Assembly: GCA_018696395.1 (NCBI GenBank)
Contig: JABHQR010000023.1
Span: 15,180 to 79,179 of the forward strand
Direction of reading: 5' to 3'
Source of the DNA: an archaeon
GTDB taxonomy: Archaea; Nanobdellota; Nanobdellia; Woesearchaeales; GW2011-AR9
Length of the DNA: 64,000 nucleotides
Part shown: positions 29,840 through 39,195 of the stretch, one piece after another
Layout: each line of letters starts with the position of its first letter
How positions within the stretch are numbered: position 1 is the stretch's first letter
The notes under the pieces: generated by a model
The model's database searches: none
What the model saw: only the letters and a program-made list of their open reading frames with translations
What the model was told of the DNA's origin: nothing
Made by a program: the position numbers and the translations under genes

Positions 29840-31901
29840 CTTACTGCACCCCCTCTTGACTTACAAAAGATAGAACGTCAAACTTATTTTCTTTTACTAA
29901 CCTAGAGATTTCATTACAATAATTAATTACTTCATGTTTTTTCACATTGATAGATTGATCACCACACAATGCGATAACTTCATCCAAAGATTTTTGAAAA
30001 GATCCTTTTAATTTACCTTTAAGAATCTCTCTTTTTCTTTTTACTTGATTAGCATGAGATATAGTTCTTGTAGGTTCTTCTTCTTGCAACATAGAATTTT
30101 CTAAAAGGCTATATGTTTCAACCATAACTCTTCTTTGATTTAAATTGAAATCATATATTAGGTCCGAATTCCAACCCAGATAAATCCCCATAAAATCAAA
30201 AAATTCGTCTAAGTTAAAATCATTTACAGATTTTGATCTTTTTAATATTTCAAAGAAAGATTTAATATTAAAACGATTATCTTTATTATTATTAATAATA
30301 AATTCATTTGTTTTAGGTAAAATCTCTGAATGATAATTACTTCTCTTAGATAAACTTAACAACTGATCTTTTAGAACTTGAAATTCACTTAAATGAAAAA
30401 GATTTCCATCTTGATTATAATCATAAATTATTTTATTAAAATTCTTAATCATTCTAAAAGAAGAATTGCTAAATAGATCAAATGTTTCTACCAAATCACA
30501 AACACAACTAACAAAATATTCTTTTATATCAAGTTCACCATTAGTAGAATCACTAATTAAAGAATTACGTTCTGGAATAGAAAATATACTCTCAAATGTT
30601 CTCAACAGATGGAATAAATGAGTGTATTTTTGATCAATCACTTCTGATTTTGAAGAGTTATCAAGTTCATACAATTTTAAAACTTTAATTACATTAGGCC
30701 TAGAAAGATAATTTTCTAACTTATTATCCCTTACCTTACTATCAAAAAAACCATGATATTTATGATAATTAAAATTAATTGAATCTTCTAAATAATTAAT
30801 GTTGATAGACCCATTAACGATTCCTTCATCAATAAAATTTAATGCTGCCCTAAAATTACCAAAATCATGAGTAGAACCATATGAAAAACACCTACCCAGA
30901 TTCCAAGTAAAGTTATTATAATCTAAATCTTTTGGCAAATTTTCAATAACATTATCAAATAAATTAACTGTGTATAAGAGATTTTTAGTTTTATTTTCAT
31001 CCTCGTTTAATTTTTTTAAGGAAAAATAAAATTTATTAAAGATAGAATTTAAATGATGGGGTGATTTATTCTTTGAAAGAGCTTTCAATAAACTTTTAGT
31101 TAAAAGTGATCTTAAATTAACAGATACAGGGGCCCCATCTAATTCATTTGAGGGCAATGAAAAATTCTCAGGTAAAGAAGCTGCCTGTTTATATTGTATC
31201 AATAACCCTTTAATTGACCTATATAATTGCCCATTTGACATCAATGAACCACTTTCTTTAATGAATTCACAAACATAATCTCCCATCACTTCCTTAGAGT
31301 TCACTCCATAGAAATCTTCTGGTATATTCATGAGATTAGAAAAGATAAGAAAAGAATCTATAAAACTTAAACGATATTTCCCACAATCAACTAAATATTT
31401 TCTTACATCTTTTTGAGAAAAATAATGTGTAGCCCCTAAAAGAAGATCCATTTTACTTAAGGGAGAATTTATTATCCTATCATTTTGAATATATTTAAAT
31501 TCATCTACAAATTCAGGAAAAATATCAGTATTAATGTAATGCTTAATCAATTCATTTCCTTGAATTAAAATATCATGACTTAAATTATCTTCAGTAAATA
31601 TTTTTGTATAAGTTTTTAATTTTTCTAGCTGATGGACATTAGGAATTCCTTTAATCAAATCAATGACTTCAAAAGTTGAAATCACACATTCATCAATAGC
31701 CGCAATACCATTAAGTTTAGGAAAATTTTCTGTAAAAAGATTTCCAACCACATTTAATTGTTCAATAGAATATCCTTCAAAGATCCTATTAAAGTTACTT
31801 CCAACATACTCTTGATACTTATCTCTAACCTCTCCCTCTGAAGTACAGATAAGCAAGTACTGTTCTAAATTAGATTTAGCTCTGATTAGTTCATTATTAA
31901 C
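29709..31901 (-). repeat. Direct repeat (~128 bp) at the 5' ends of two adjacent paralogs: 29709-29836 and 31774-31901
   Basis: Shared agcaagtactgttctaaattagatttagctct, aacatactcttgatact and ccttcaaagatccta. Confidence 0.85.
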
Positions 31902-31943
31902 TTTAGATAATTCTCTGCCAGGCATATAATATCTCCCTAGCAC
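29841..31943 (-). CDS. First gene of the array, ~694-700 aa (alternative ATG at 31925)
   Basis: N-term nearly identical to 27218-29839; C-term FNLNQRRVMVETYSLL...FQKSLDEVIALCGDQSINVKKHEVINYCNEISRLVK. Confidence 0.85.
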   Translation of the reverse strand: MLGRYYMPGRELSKVNNELIRAKSNLEQYLLICTSEGEVRDKYQEYVGSNFNRIFEGYSIEQLNVVGNLFTENFPKLNGIAAIDECVISTFEVIDLIKGIPNVHQLEKLKTYTKIFTEDNLSHDILIQGNELIKHYINTDIFPEFVDEFKYIQNDRIINSPLSKMDLLLGATHYFSQKDVRKYLVDCGKYRLSFIDSFLIFSNLMNIPEDFYGVNSKEVMGDYVCEFIKESGSLMSNGQLYRSIKGLLIQYKQAASLPENFSLPSNELDGAPVSVNLRSLLTKSLLKALSKNKSPHHLNSIFNKFYFSLKKLNEDENKTKNLLYTVNLFDNVIENLPKDLDYNNFTWNLGRCFSYGSTHDFGNFRAALNFIDEGIVNGSININYLEDSINFNYHKYHGFFDSKVRDNKLENYLSRPNVIKVLKLYELDNSSKSEVIDQKYTHLFHLLRTFESIFSIPERNSLISDSTNGELDIKEYFVSCVCDLVETFDLFSNSSFRMIKNFNKIIYDYNQDGNLFHLSEFQVLKDQLLSLSKRSNYHSEILPKTNEFIINNNKDNRFNIKSFFEILKRSKSVNDFNLDEFFDFMGIYLGWNSDLIYDFNLNQRRVMVETYSLLENSMLQEEEPTRTISHANQVKRKREILKGKLKGSFQKSLDEVIALCGDQSINVKKHEVINYCNEISRLVKENKFDVLSFVSQEGVQ

Positions 31944-31950
31944 CCCTATT

Positions 31951-31987
31951 TACCACTAATAAGGTGTGTTCTTTTATAAACTTTTAT
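31951..31987 (-). promoter_or_regulatory. Promoter of the paralog array (BRE+TATA) with palindrome-related element
   Basis: Minus strand ATAAAAG-TTTATAAA (TATA 31973-31980); TACCACTAATAAGGTGTG at 31951-31968 resembles the 10194-10211 palindrome. Confidence 0.55.
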
Positions 31988-32043
31988 TATAAAATATTTA
32001 AAAGTATATTAAATAAAAAGAAGAAGAAGAAAATAATAAAAAA

Positions 32044-35000
32044 TTAAACTTTATCGAAACTAGCTGTAAACTCTTCTTTCTTAACTTTAAAGTCTTCTTT
32101 AAATCCATGTTTCTTAGCTGCATCAGTAAAAGCAATAACTAACTTCTCTGCTCCTACTTTTTCAGAGATATCTTTTTCAAAAGGATCTAAAGATTTTTTC
32201 ATAGCTTCTGAACATTTCAAATGAAGAATAATAGAATCTGTCTTTTCTAACCCAGCATTCTTTCTTAAAGTTTGGACTTTCCTCATAACTTCACGAGCAA
32301 ACCCTTCTGCTTCCAATTCTTCACTACGCTCAGTGTTCAAATAAACTAACGCCCCTTTAGTTTCAGATTCAATGTAAAGTTCAGGAACTTCTCTTTCCAC
32401 AACTAACATGTCTTGAGTTAATCTGATTTCTTCTTTCTTGCTTTCAATTTCAATTTCAATGTTAAAATATCCATCTTTACCTAAACTATTAACAATATCT
32501 TCAGCAGAAGTTGAATTGACAACTTTCATAATGTTAGGAGATTTTGCTCCAAAACTTTTACCTATCATGGAAGCTTCTGGTTTAACTGAAACTTTTACAC
32601 CTGGTAAAGATTCAAGTACACTAATTTCTTTAGCATTAATGTGTTTCTTCAATAAATTCCTTAACATTTCTGCAGATTTAATCATATTATCTTTTTTACT
32701 TACTACAACTAATTCTTTAATTGGCCACCTTACACCTAACCTAGCTTTTTCTCTTGCGTTAAGAGCTGCTTGACTTAATCTCTTAAATCCTTCAATATTT
32801 TGTTCCAATTCTAAATCAATTTTATTTTCATCAAATTTAGGGAAAGAGAAATGACTAAGGCTTTCTTCTTTTAAGCCAAACTCTTCTTTAATGTTTAAGT
32901 AAATAGCTTCAGTAATAAAAGGTGAAATAATACTGAACACTTTCAAAAAGTCAAGTAAAACTTTTGCAATGGTATAAGCACAAAGTTCTTTATCTTCTTT
33001 ACTTCCTATTGAACTTTTTTCACGAACCAACTGAACATAAGTCCGACTTAATTCCAGATATAATTCTTCTAAAGGTTGAATAGTAGAATCAAGTTCATAG
33101 GTTTCAAACAATTTATCAACTGTTTTAAGAGTAGAATTTAATTTAGAAACAATATATTTCTCTTCTAAACTCATTAAATTATTCATTAACTTTTCATCAA
33201 GTTTAAATGGATTCAGTTCATTTTCTTTAGATAAATTGATCAATAGTTTATGTAAGTTCCATAAAATTTGTACTTGTCTTGCTTTTGTTTTACATTCGTC
33301 CCAACTGAAATTAATATCCTGACCAGCATTATTTTGGCACATATAATACCTTAACACATCAACACCATGCTTATCGATCAATTCATAAGGTGAAATAATA
33401 TTACCTATACTTTTACTCATTTTTTTACCAGCAATATCATTAAGCATCCCATAAACGTAAACGTTCTTGAAAGATTTCTTATCAAATCTTAAATAAGAAC
33501 AGATCGATAACATACTAAACCATAACCTAGTTTGTTCTTTAGCTTCCAAAATTGCATCTGCCGGAAACCATTCTTCAATTAATTTTGGATCATTATCAAG
33601 ACAGTTCCAACTGGCAGTACCCGCATCTACCCAAACATCAATAATGTCAGGTACACGTAACATTGATTTTTTACTTTTACATTTCGGACAATCAAATTTG
33701 ACATCATCAATCCATGGTATGTGAAGATTTTCTGGAACTTTTGCCCCATTTGATTTAATATCTTCTCTAGAACCTATTACTTTAATTTCTTTACAATCTT
33801 TATTTCCACATTTCCAGATGGGTAATGGTGTTCCCCAAAACCTTTGACGAGAGATAGAATTATCTTTAAGATTACCCACCCAAGATTCATAAGAATTTAA
33901 TGCAGTTTCTGGAACCCAAAGGACTTCTGAATTTTCTTCAATAATTTTTTGTTTAATATCTTCAATTTTAAAGAACCATTGGTACGTAATTCTGAACACG
34001 ACAGGTTTGTGACATCTCCAACAGTGAGGATATTCATGTTCAACATCAGTAATTTCTATCAAAGCACCTTCATCTTTCAAAGCTTCAGTAAATTTAGGAT
34101 CATCAACTTTTGCTCTCAACCCAGAAAATTTACCCATACTTACAGGAAAATAACCATTTTCTTGTAAGTTGTTAAATGGTGGAATGTTGTAAGGTTTACA
34201 AGCTTCCTGATCTTCAGGACCACAACCAGGCGCAGTATGAACTAACCCAGAACCAGCAGTAGTATCAACATATTGTTCATTAAGAATGACTGTATGTACA
34301 TTAGGATGATCTTTTTTTAGTTCAGCATATTTTGAAATAAAATTATTGAATGGATGAGTATACCCCCAACCCTCCATGTGATCACCTTTGAACTCTTCTA
34401 GAACTTTCATTTTTTTATTTGCAACAGCACCACATACAATTCCAGCAAGAGCTTTTGATAAGTACCAAATTTCTTCATTACTTTTTTTACCTTCTTTACT
34501 TTCATCCCAAACTTTAACTTTCAAATAATCAAGTTTAGGATTTACCATCACACCTAAATTGTAAGGGATTGTCCAGGGAGTAGTTGTCCAAACAATTACA
34601 TGTTCATTATTTTGACAATCTTCTTTAGAATTAGTACCTTTTTTACTGTTTAACTTGAACTTCACAAAGATAGATTTGTCAGTAACAGTTTCATACTCAC
34701 ATTCATGTTTAGCTAACGCAGTTTCACAGTTTTGGCACCAAGTAAGAACTTTTTCACCATAATATAATCTGTCTTTTTCATAAGCAGTTTTGATAAGTTG
34801 CCATTCTCCTTCCATAAATTCAGATTTTATTGGCATGTAAGGATTAGATAAATCAAAAGTTGTTCCAATACGAACTAAATCTTCAGTCATAATTTTTGCC
34901 ATGTCAGTAGAAAATTTGATACATTCATTGATGAATTTGTCAAGACCAAAAGATTCAATATCTTCTTTAGTTTCAAGTTTATGTTTTGCCATTACTTTAT

Positions 35001-35271
35001 GTGCGGTAGGCAAACCATGCATATCAAACCCATTTCTGTCCCAGACATTACGTCCTTTACTTCTTTGATATCTTAACACCATATCTTTTAATGCATAATT
35101 CCAAGCATGTGCGAGATGAAATTTCCCAGAAGTGTAAGGAGGACCATCTAAAAAGTAAAATTTTTTCCCAGATTTATTCTTTTCACGAAGTTTCTCAATA
35201 ATTTTATTCTTTTTCCAATATGCGATGATATCTTCTTCAGTCTTTTGGTGATGATATGTTTCAAATCTCAT
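32044..35271 (-). CDS. ileS: Isoleucine--tRNA ligase (archaeal/eukaryotic type 2)
   Basis: FLDGPPYTSG.FHLAHA (HIGH), GFDMHGLP, VWTTTPWT, GSGLVHTAPG, ISRQRFWGTPLP, KMSKS, C-terminal EGFAREVMRKVQTLRK. Confidence 0.97.
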   Translation of the reverse strand: MRFETYHHQKTEEDIIAYWKKNKIIEKLREKNKSGKKFYFLDGPPYTSGKFHLAHAWNYALKDMVLRYQRSKGRNVWDRNGFDMHGLPTAHKVMAKHKLETKEDIESFGLDKFINECIKFSTDMAKIMTEDLVRIGTTFDLSNPYMPIKSEFMEGEWQLIKTAYEKDRLYYGEKVLTWCQNCETALAKHECEYETVTDKSIFVKFKLNSKKGTNSKEDCQNNEHVIVWTTTPWTIPYNLGVMVNPKLDYLKVKVWDESKEGKKSNEEIWYLSKALAGIVCGAVANKKMKVLEEFKGDHMEGWGYTHPFNNFISKYAELKKDHPNVHTVILNEQYVDTTAGSGLVHTAPGCGPEDQEACKPYNIPPFNNLQENGYFPVSMGKFSGLRAKVDDPKFTEALKDEGALIEITDVEHEYPHCWRCHKPVVFRITYQWFFKIEDIKQKIIEENSEVLWVPETALNSYESWVGNLKDNSISRQRFWGTPLPIWKCGNKDCKEIKVIGSREDIKSNGAKVPENLHIPWIDDVKFDCPKCKSKKSMLRVPDIIDVWVDAGTASWNCLDNDPKLIEEWFPADAILEAKEQTRLWFSMLSICSYLRFDKKSFKNVYVYGMLNDIAGKKMSKSIGNIISPYELIDKHGVDVLRYYMCQNNAGQDINFSWDECKTKARQVQILWNLHKLLINLSKENELNPFKLDEKLMNNLMSLEEKYIVSKLNSTLKTVDKLFETYELDSTIQPLEELYLELSRTYVQLVREKSSIGSKEDKELCAYTIAKVLLDFLKVFSIISPFITEAIYLNIKEEFGLKEESLSHFSFPKFDENKIDLELEQNIEGFKRLSQAALNAREKARLGVRWPIKELVVVSKKDNMIKSAEMLRNLLKKHINAKEISVLESLPGVKVSVKPEASMIGKSFGAKSPNIMKVVNSTSAEDIVNSLGKDGYFNIEIEIESKKEEIRLTQDMLVVEREVPELYIESETKGALVYLNTERSEELEAEGFAREVMRKVQTLRKNAGLEKTDSIILHLKCSEAMKKSLDPFEKDISEKVGAEKLVIAFTDAAKKHGFKEDFKVKKEEFTASFDKV

Positions 35272-35365
35272 TGTAAAGAAGAGTAGTGAGGTTTATTTTA
35301 AAAAGGTTATTGTTAAAAGATAATAAAAAGAATTAAGTATGATTAAATATTAAAGATGATTAGGT

Positions 35366-35761
35366 TTAAACTTTCTCAAATTCGATAACATCATAACCGA
35401 TTAACCTTCTTTCAATTTCAGAATGATCATCTAAATTTTCAGCGACATAATCTGAAATAATTAAATATTTTTCTTGATAAGATAATTTCAACAGGTCGCC
35501 AACTTCATAAGAATTGTAAATTAACATATTATCAAGAACAATACTTTTAGACCCATTATTTAAATTGATATGATAAATATCTTTACCTGAAGAAGCCAAA
35601 CCCAGGTTAGGGGCCCCTAAAATGTGGTCAACAGTCAGATTACTATTTCCTTGGTAAAAATGTTTATGTGAAATTTTAAAAATATTAATTAATGTAGGGG
35701 TAATTAGTTCTGATTTTTTCTTAGTTAATCCTAATTTCCATAATATTTTTGTAAGGCTCAT
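35366..35761 (-). CDS. Hypothetical protein, 131 aa
   Basis: ORF with ATG, co-oriented between neighbours; no recognised motif. Confidence 0.65.
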   Translation of the reverse strand: MSLTKILWKLGLTKKKSELITPTLINIFKISHKHFYQGNSNLTVDHILGAPNLGLASSGKDIYHINLNNGSKSIVLDNMLIYNSYEVGDLLKLSYQEKYLIISDYVAENLDDHSEIERRLIGYDVIEFEKV

Positions 35762-35783
35762 TTTTATCCCATCAATGATTATA

Positions 35784-36644
35784 TCATTCTTTCAGTAAAA
35801 TGACATTACCTCTGCCACGTTTAACTTTTTCAATTTTACCTTTATGTTCTAATTCAGTAAGAATTAAACTTATTTTTGATTCAGACAAGTCCATCATTTC
35901 TTTCCTTAACTGTTTTTGAGTAATTCGACCATCATTTTTCTTGACAATTTCTAATGCTCTTTTCAAATATCCAGGTTGTTCATTTTGTTCCAACTCTTTC
36001 CCTATAGAAGCTAGTTTCTCTTCACGGGAAGTTTTTTTATGAGGTTTAATTTTTTCTTCATTTTTAGTTTGGTCAACCCCAAAATGTAATCCTAAATTGA
36101 TTTCTTGTTTTATTCCCTCAACCTTATCTTTTTTCTTACCACTATATTTTTTCTTGGCAATAACAACTCTTCCTAAAGCGATCAAGATTATTCCTACTGT
36201 TGCGAGGTATGCCCAAGTTCTGTTTTTATTAATACCATCTTCATCACTGGTTAACTCATCGCCATAAATTGATTCTAAATCATCCCATAACTCATCTTCT
36301 TCATCCATGCTTGGAAATAGAAATATGTCAAACAAAAAAGTAACATTACCAGTAGAAGTGACACTTAAAGTTTCTGTTGCTGAAAGATCACCTTTACTTG
36401 CTGTCAAAATGTAAGAACCTTCTGGCACTACAAATTTATAAGTTCCATCCTGAGAGAGGTATTGTTGGCTTGGAGAAGTGTTAATTTCAAGTATCACATT
36501 ATCAACAACATCCAAATTATAATCATAAATAGTACCTTCAATAGATAGGGATTCAACAAAGCTAGAACTAGTAAAAAACAATGTTATTAAAATTACAATA
36601 AAATAAATGAATTTATAGTTATTGTTCATACATAAACCCCTCAT
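35784..36644 (-). CDS. Membrane-anchored protein: signal peptide, extracellular beta-sandwich, TM helix, C-terminal winged HTH (COG2512-like)
   Basis: Hydrophobic N-term; IEGTIYD..DGTYKF.VPEGSY.LTA; TM AYLATVGIILIALG; DGRITQKQLRK...LSESKISLILTELEHKGKIEKVKRGRGN. Confidence 0.8.
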   Translation of the reverse strand: MRGLCMNNNYKFIYFIVILITLFFTSSSFVESLSIEGTIYDYNLDVVDNVILEINTSPSQQYLSQDGTYKFVVPEGSYILTASKGDLSATETLSVTSTGNVTFLFDIFLFPSMDEEDELWDDLESIYGDELTSDEDGINKNRTWAYLATVGIILIALGRVVIAKKKYSGKKKDKVEGIKQEINLGLHFGVDQTKNEEKIKPHKKTSREEKLASIGKELEQNEQPGYLKRALEIVKKNDGRITQKQLRKEMMDLSESKISLILTELEHKGKIEKVKRGRGNVILLKE

Positions 36645-36912
36645 TAATATTTTATGGCTGATTTACTATAAATAGATTATTATACTAAACTATCAAGATT
36701 AGACTGATGATTAGAGAAATAAACAGAATAATTAGTTCCTTTCCTAAAATAATCTGAAAATAAAGCTTTGAAAAGTTAATAACACTCCATTTCAATCTTT
36801 TCTCAAGAGTAAAGCAAAGTATGTTTAAAAAGAATTCTTCACCTTATGTTTTGCATTGTTGAGTCAATTTGATAACATTTTGAAACAACTTAAAAACTGA
36901 GAGGATGAATAA

Positions 36913-37893
36913 ATGAATTCAAAAAGAATTATCACCATTTTAATTTTAAGTGTTCTAGTTATTAGTTCATTACCGTTAGCATTAGCTGATTCAGATAATG
37001 AAAATAAGGGTAAAGGTTATGGTTTAGGTAATGGCCAAGGAATTTTAGGATTACATATTTTAGACCAAAGTCATAATGTAAATGGAGAATATCATCAAAA
37101 TATGCAAGAAATTAAAGATAATTATAAACTTGCTAAAGAAGAGTATCAATCTAATAGGCAAGAAATGCACCAATTAAGTGATGATTTAACAGAATGTGAA
37201 GATGTTGATCCAGAAGATTCTAATAGTGAAACAGAACTTGAAACTGATTGTAAAGAACTTAAAGATGAAGCTAAAAAAGTAGTAGGTAATCAATTAGAGT
37301 CTACAGGTAATTTTTTGTTAAAAGCATTAGAACAGGTTTATGCAAAAATTGAAGTATCAGATAATTTAGATTCAGATGTTAAAGAATCGTTACTTGCAAA
37401 AATTCAAGAAAATATTAATGCATTAAATGTAGAATTAGAAGATTTAGAATCTAATGAAGAAATTGATGAAAATTATTTACAAGATTTAATCCAAGGGATG
37501 AAACAATCATGGTTAGACCTGAAACCGGAAATGAGTTTATCAGTCGCTTTACTTTCAAACTCAAAAATTGATGATATCATTAACAAATTAGAAACTAGTT
37601 CAGAAATGGTTAATGAAAGAATTGATCAATTAGAAAGTAATGATTATGACATTACCAAAATAAATTTACTTGAAGAAGAGTTTAACAGTTATATTAATTC
37701 AGCTGAAGCTAACAGGATTTTAGCAGAGGAACTATTGATAGAATTCCATGAAGAAGATAGCACTGGGGAAATTGTATCTCAAGCACAGGAATATAATCAA
37801 GAAAGTAAAAAAGAGATTCATCAAGCAAAATCTAAACTTAGAGAATTATTTTTCCAAGTAAAAATGGCTGAAATGGAAATGTTAGTGAATTGA
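36913..37893 (+). CDS. Secreted acidic coiled-coil protein
   Basis: Signal peptide MNSKRIITILILSVLVISSLPLALA; Glu/Asp-rich heptad-like helices. Confidence 0.75.
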   Translation: MNSKRIITILILSVLVISSLPLALADSDNENKGKGYGLGNGQGILGLHILDQSHNVNGEYHQNMQEIKDNYKLAKEEYQSNRQEMHQLSDDLTECEDVDPEDSNSETELETDCKELKDEAKKVVGNQLESTGNFLLKALEQVYAKIEVSDNLDSDVKESLLAKIQENINALNVELEDLESNEEIDENYLQDLIQGMKQSWLDLKPEMSLSVALLSNSKIDDIINKLETSSEMVNERIDQLESNDYDITKINLLEEEFNSYINSAEANRILAEELLIEFHEEDSTGEIVSQAQEYNQESKKEIHQAKSKLRELFFQVKMAEMEMLVN

Positions 37894-37944
37894 AAATTAA
37901 ATTATATTCATCTATAACACACAACATACCAAACATTTTTTACG

Positions 37945-37981
37945 CCAGAAGGTTTTCTAACCTCTTCCTTCTGGTTTTTTT
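37945..37981 (+). terminator. Hairpin plus U-tract terminator after the secreted coiled-coil gene
   Basis: CCAGAAGG (37945-52) / CCTTCTGG (37967-74) followed by T7. Confidence 0.65.
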
Positions 37982-38075
37982 ATTTTTTTAGTTTTATTTA
38001 AAATATTTAAGTAAGTAGTTATTATGATAAATTATAATCATTAACTTTTAATACTTCAACCTTTTTCTTCTTTAT

Positions 38076-38420
38076 ATGAAATGTAAACCATGTAAGTATT
38101 TGTTAGCAGGGATGATTGTTCTGATTTTATTATTAGTGGTTATATTTGTATTTTTTTTACCAGGAGAAGATAATTCTAACGAGGATATTTGTAAAGATAT
38201 AACAGACACATCACAAAGGTCAGATTGTTATAACCAATTAGCTAAAGACACTGGTAATGTGAAATATTGTAAAGAAGTTTCTTACTACTACGAGATTTGT
38301 ATCAACCAAGCAGATGTTAATAGAGAATCAAGTAAAAGTGAAATAGAAAATGTTTGTGATAAGATTACAGATACTTCCAGAAGAAACTCTTGTTATGAAT
38401 ATGCTGATCAGTATTATTAA
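38076..38420 (+). CDS. Small membrane-anchored Cys-rich repeat protein
   Basis: N-terminal TM helix; repeats ICKDITDTSQRSDCY and VCDKITDTSRRNSCY. Confidence 0.75.
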   Translation: MKCKPCKYLLAGMIVLILLLVVIFVFFLPGEDNSNEDICKDITDTSQRSDCYNQLAKDTGNVKYCKEVSYYYEICINQADVNRESSKSEIENVCDKITDTSRRNSCYEYADQYY

Positions 38421-38466
38421 TGATAAGATAAATTTAATTTAAAAAAAAGTTATAAAAATAAACATA

Positions 38467-39102
38467 TCAAGCTGCTTCTTTTCCAGATTCGGCTTGAGTG
38501 GCTTGTTCATATCTTTCTTTAGCTACATTTGCTAAAGATTCATACTTTTCTTTCTCTTCTCCCTCAGAATTATCAGCCATTTCTGTGAAATATCCCACTA
38601 AAAATTCTTCTGCAGAACTTTCATCGTAATGTCCAGCTGCATGACTTAATTCATGAGCTAGAACATATTCTTGAGCAGCATCATCAGAGATTTCATAAAT
38701 ACTTGCTAATTGAGATACTCGATCTTCAAAACTTCTATCATCATAATTACTTAACAAAATTCCTTCAATACCGTTATGCATGATAGCTGCAACTGTATTT
38801 GAACCTAAATCACCCGCACCAACACCTTTAATTTTCATCATCTTTTTTCCACGACTGTCAACATAATCCATGAAACTTTTTCCCTCTTCAGAAGAGAGAT
38901 ATGATTTTACAATATGTTCAAAATTGTAAGCTTGGTCAATATGTTTACTTGGTTTATCACTAGAATATAAATTAACATTACCACTATTACTATCAACTAC
39001 TGCCATGCCCATTGTATTTAAAGAATAACCATTGTTTAACATTTGATTAGTTAAAATATCTAAACCGTAAGGTTTACTTAACTGAGACATTCTGTTTACC
39101 AT
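38467..39102 (-). CDS. Putative zincin-type metallopeptidase
   Basis: YVLAHELSHAAG followed by DESSAE. Confidence 0.6.
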   Translation of the reverse strand: MVNRMSQLSKPYGLDILTNQMLNNGYSLNTMGMAVVDSNSGNVNLYSSDKPSKHIDQAYNFEHIVKSYLSSEEGKSFMDYVDSRGKKMMKIKGVGAGDLGSNTVAAIMHNGIEGILLSNYDDRSFEDRVSQLASIYEISDDAAQEYVLAHELSHAAGHYDESSAEEFLVGYFTEMADNSEGEEKEKYESLANVAKERYEQATQAESGKEAA

Positions 39103-39195
39103 ACACAGTTACATGTAAAAAAGAAATAAAAAACTTTTGCAAAGCGTGTGACAAATGAGTCAATAAATAATTAAAAATAAAATATTTAAAAAAGA

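Noticed and set aside
1-31943. Provirus or mobile element as the origin of the array
   Set aside because: No integrase, transposase, capsid, terminase, att site or flanking tRNA is visible, although the left boundary lies outside the window.
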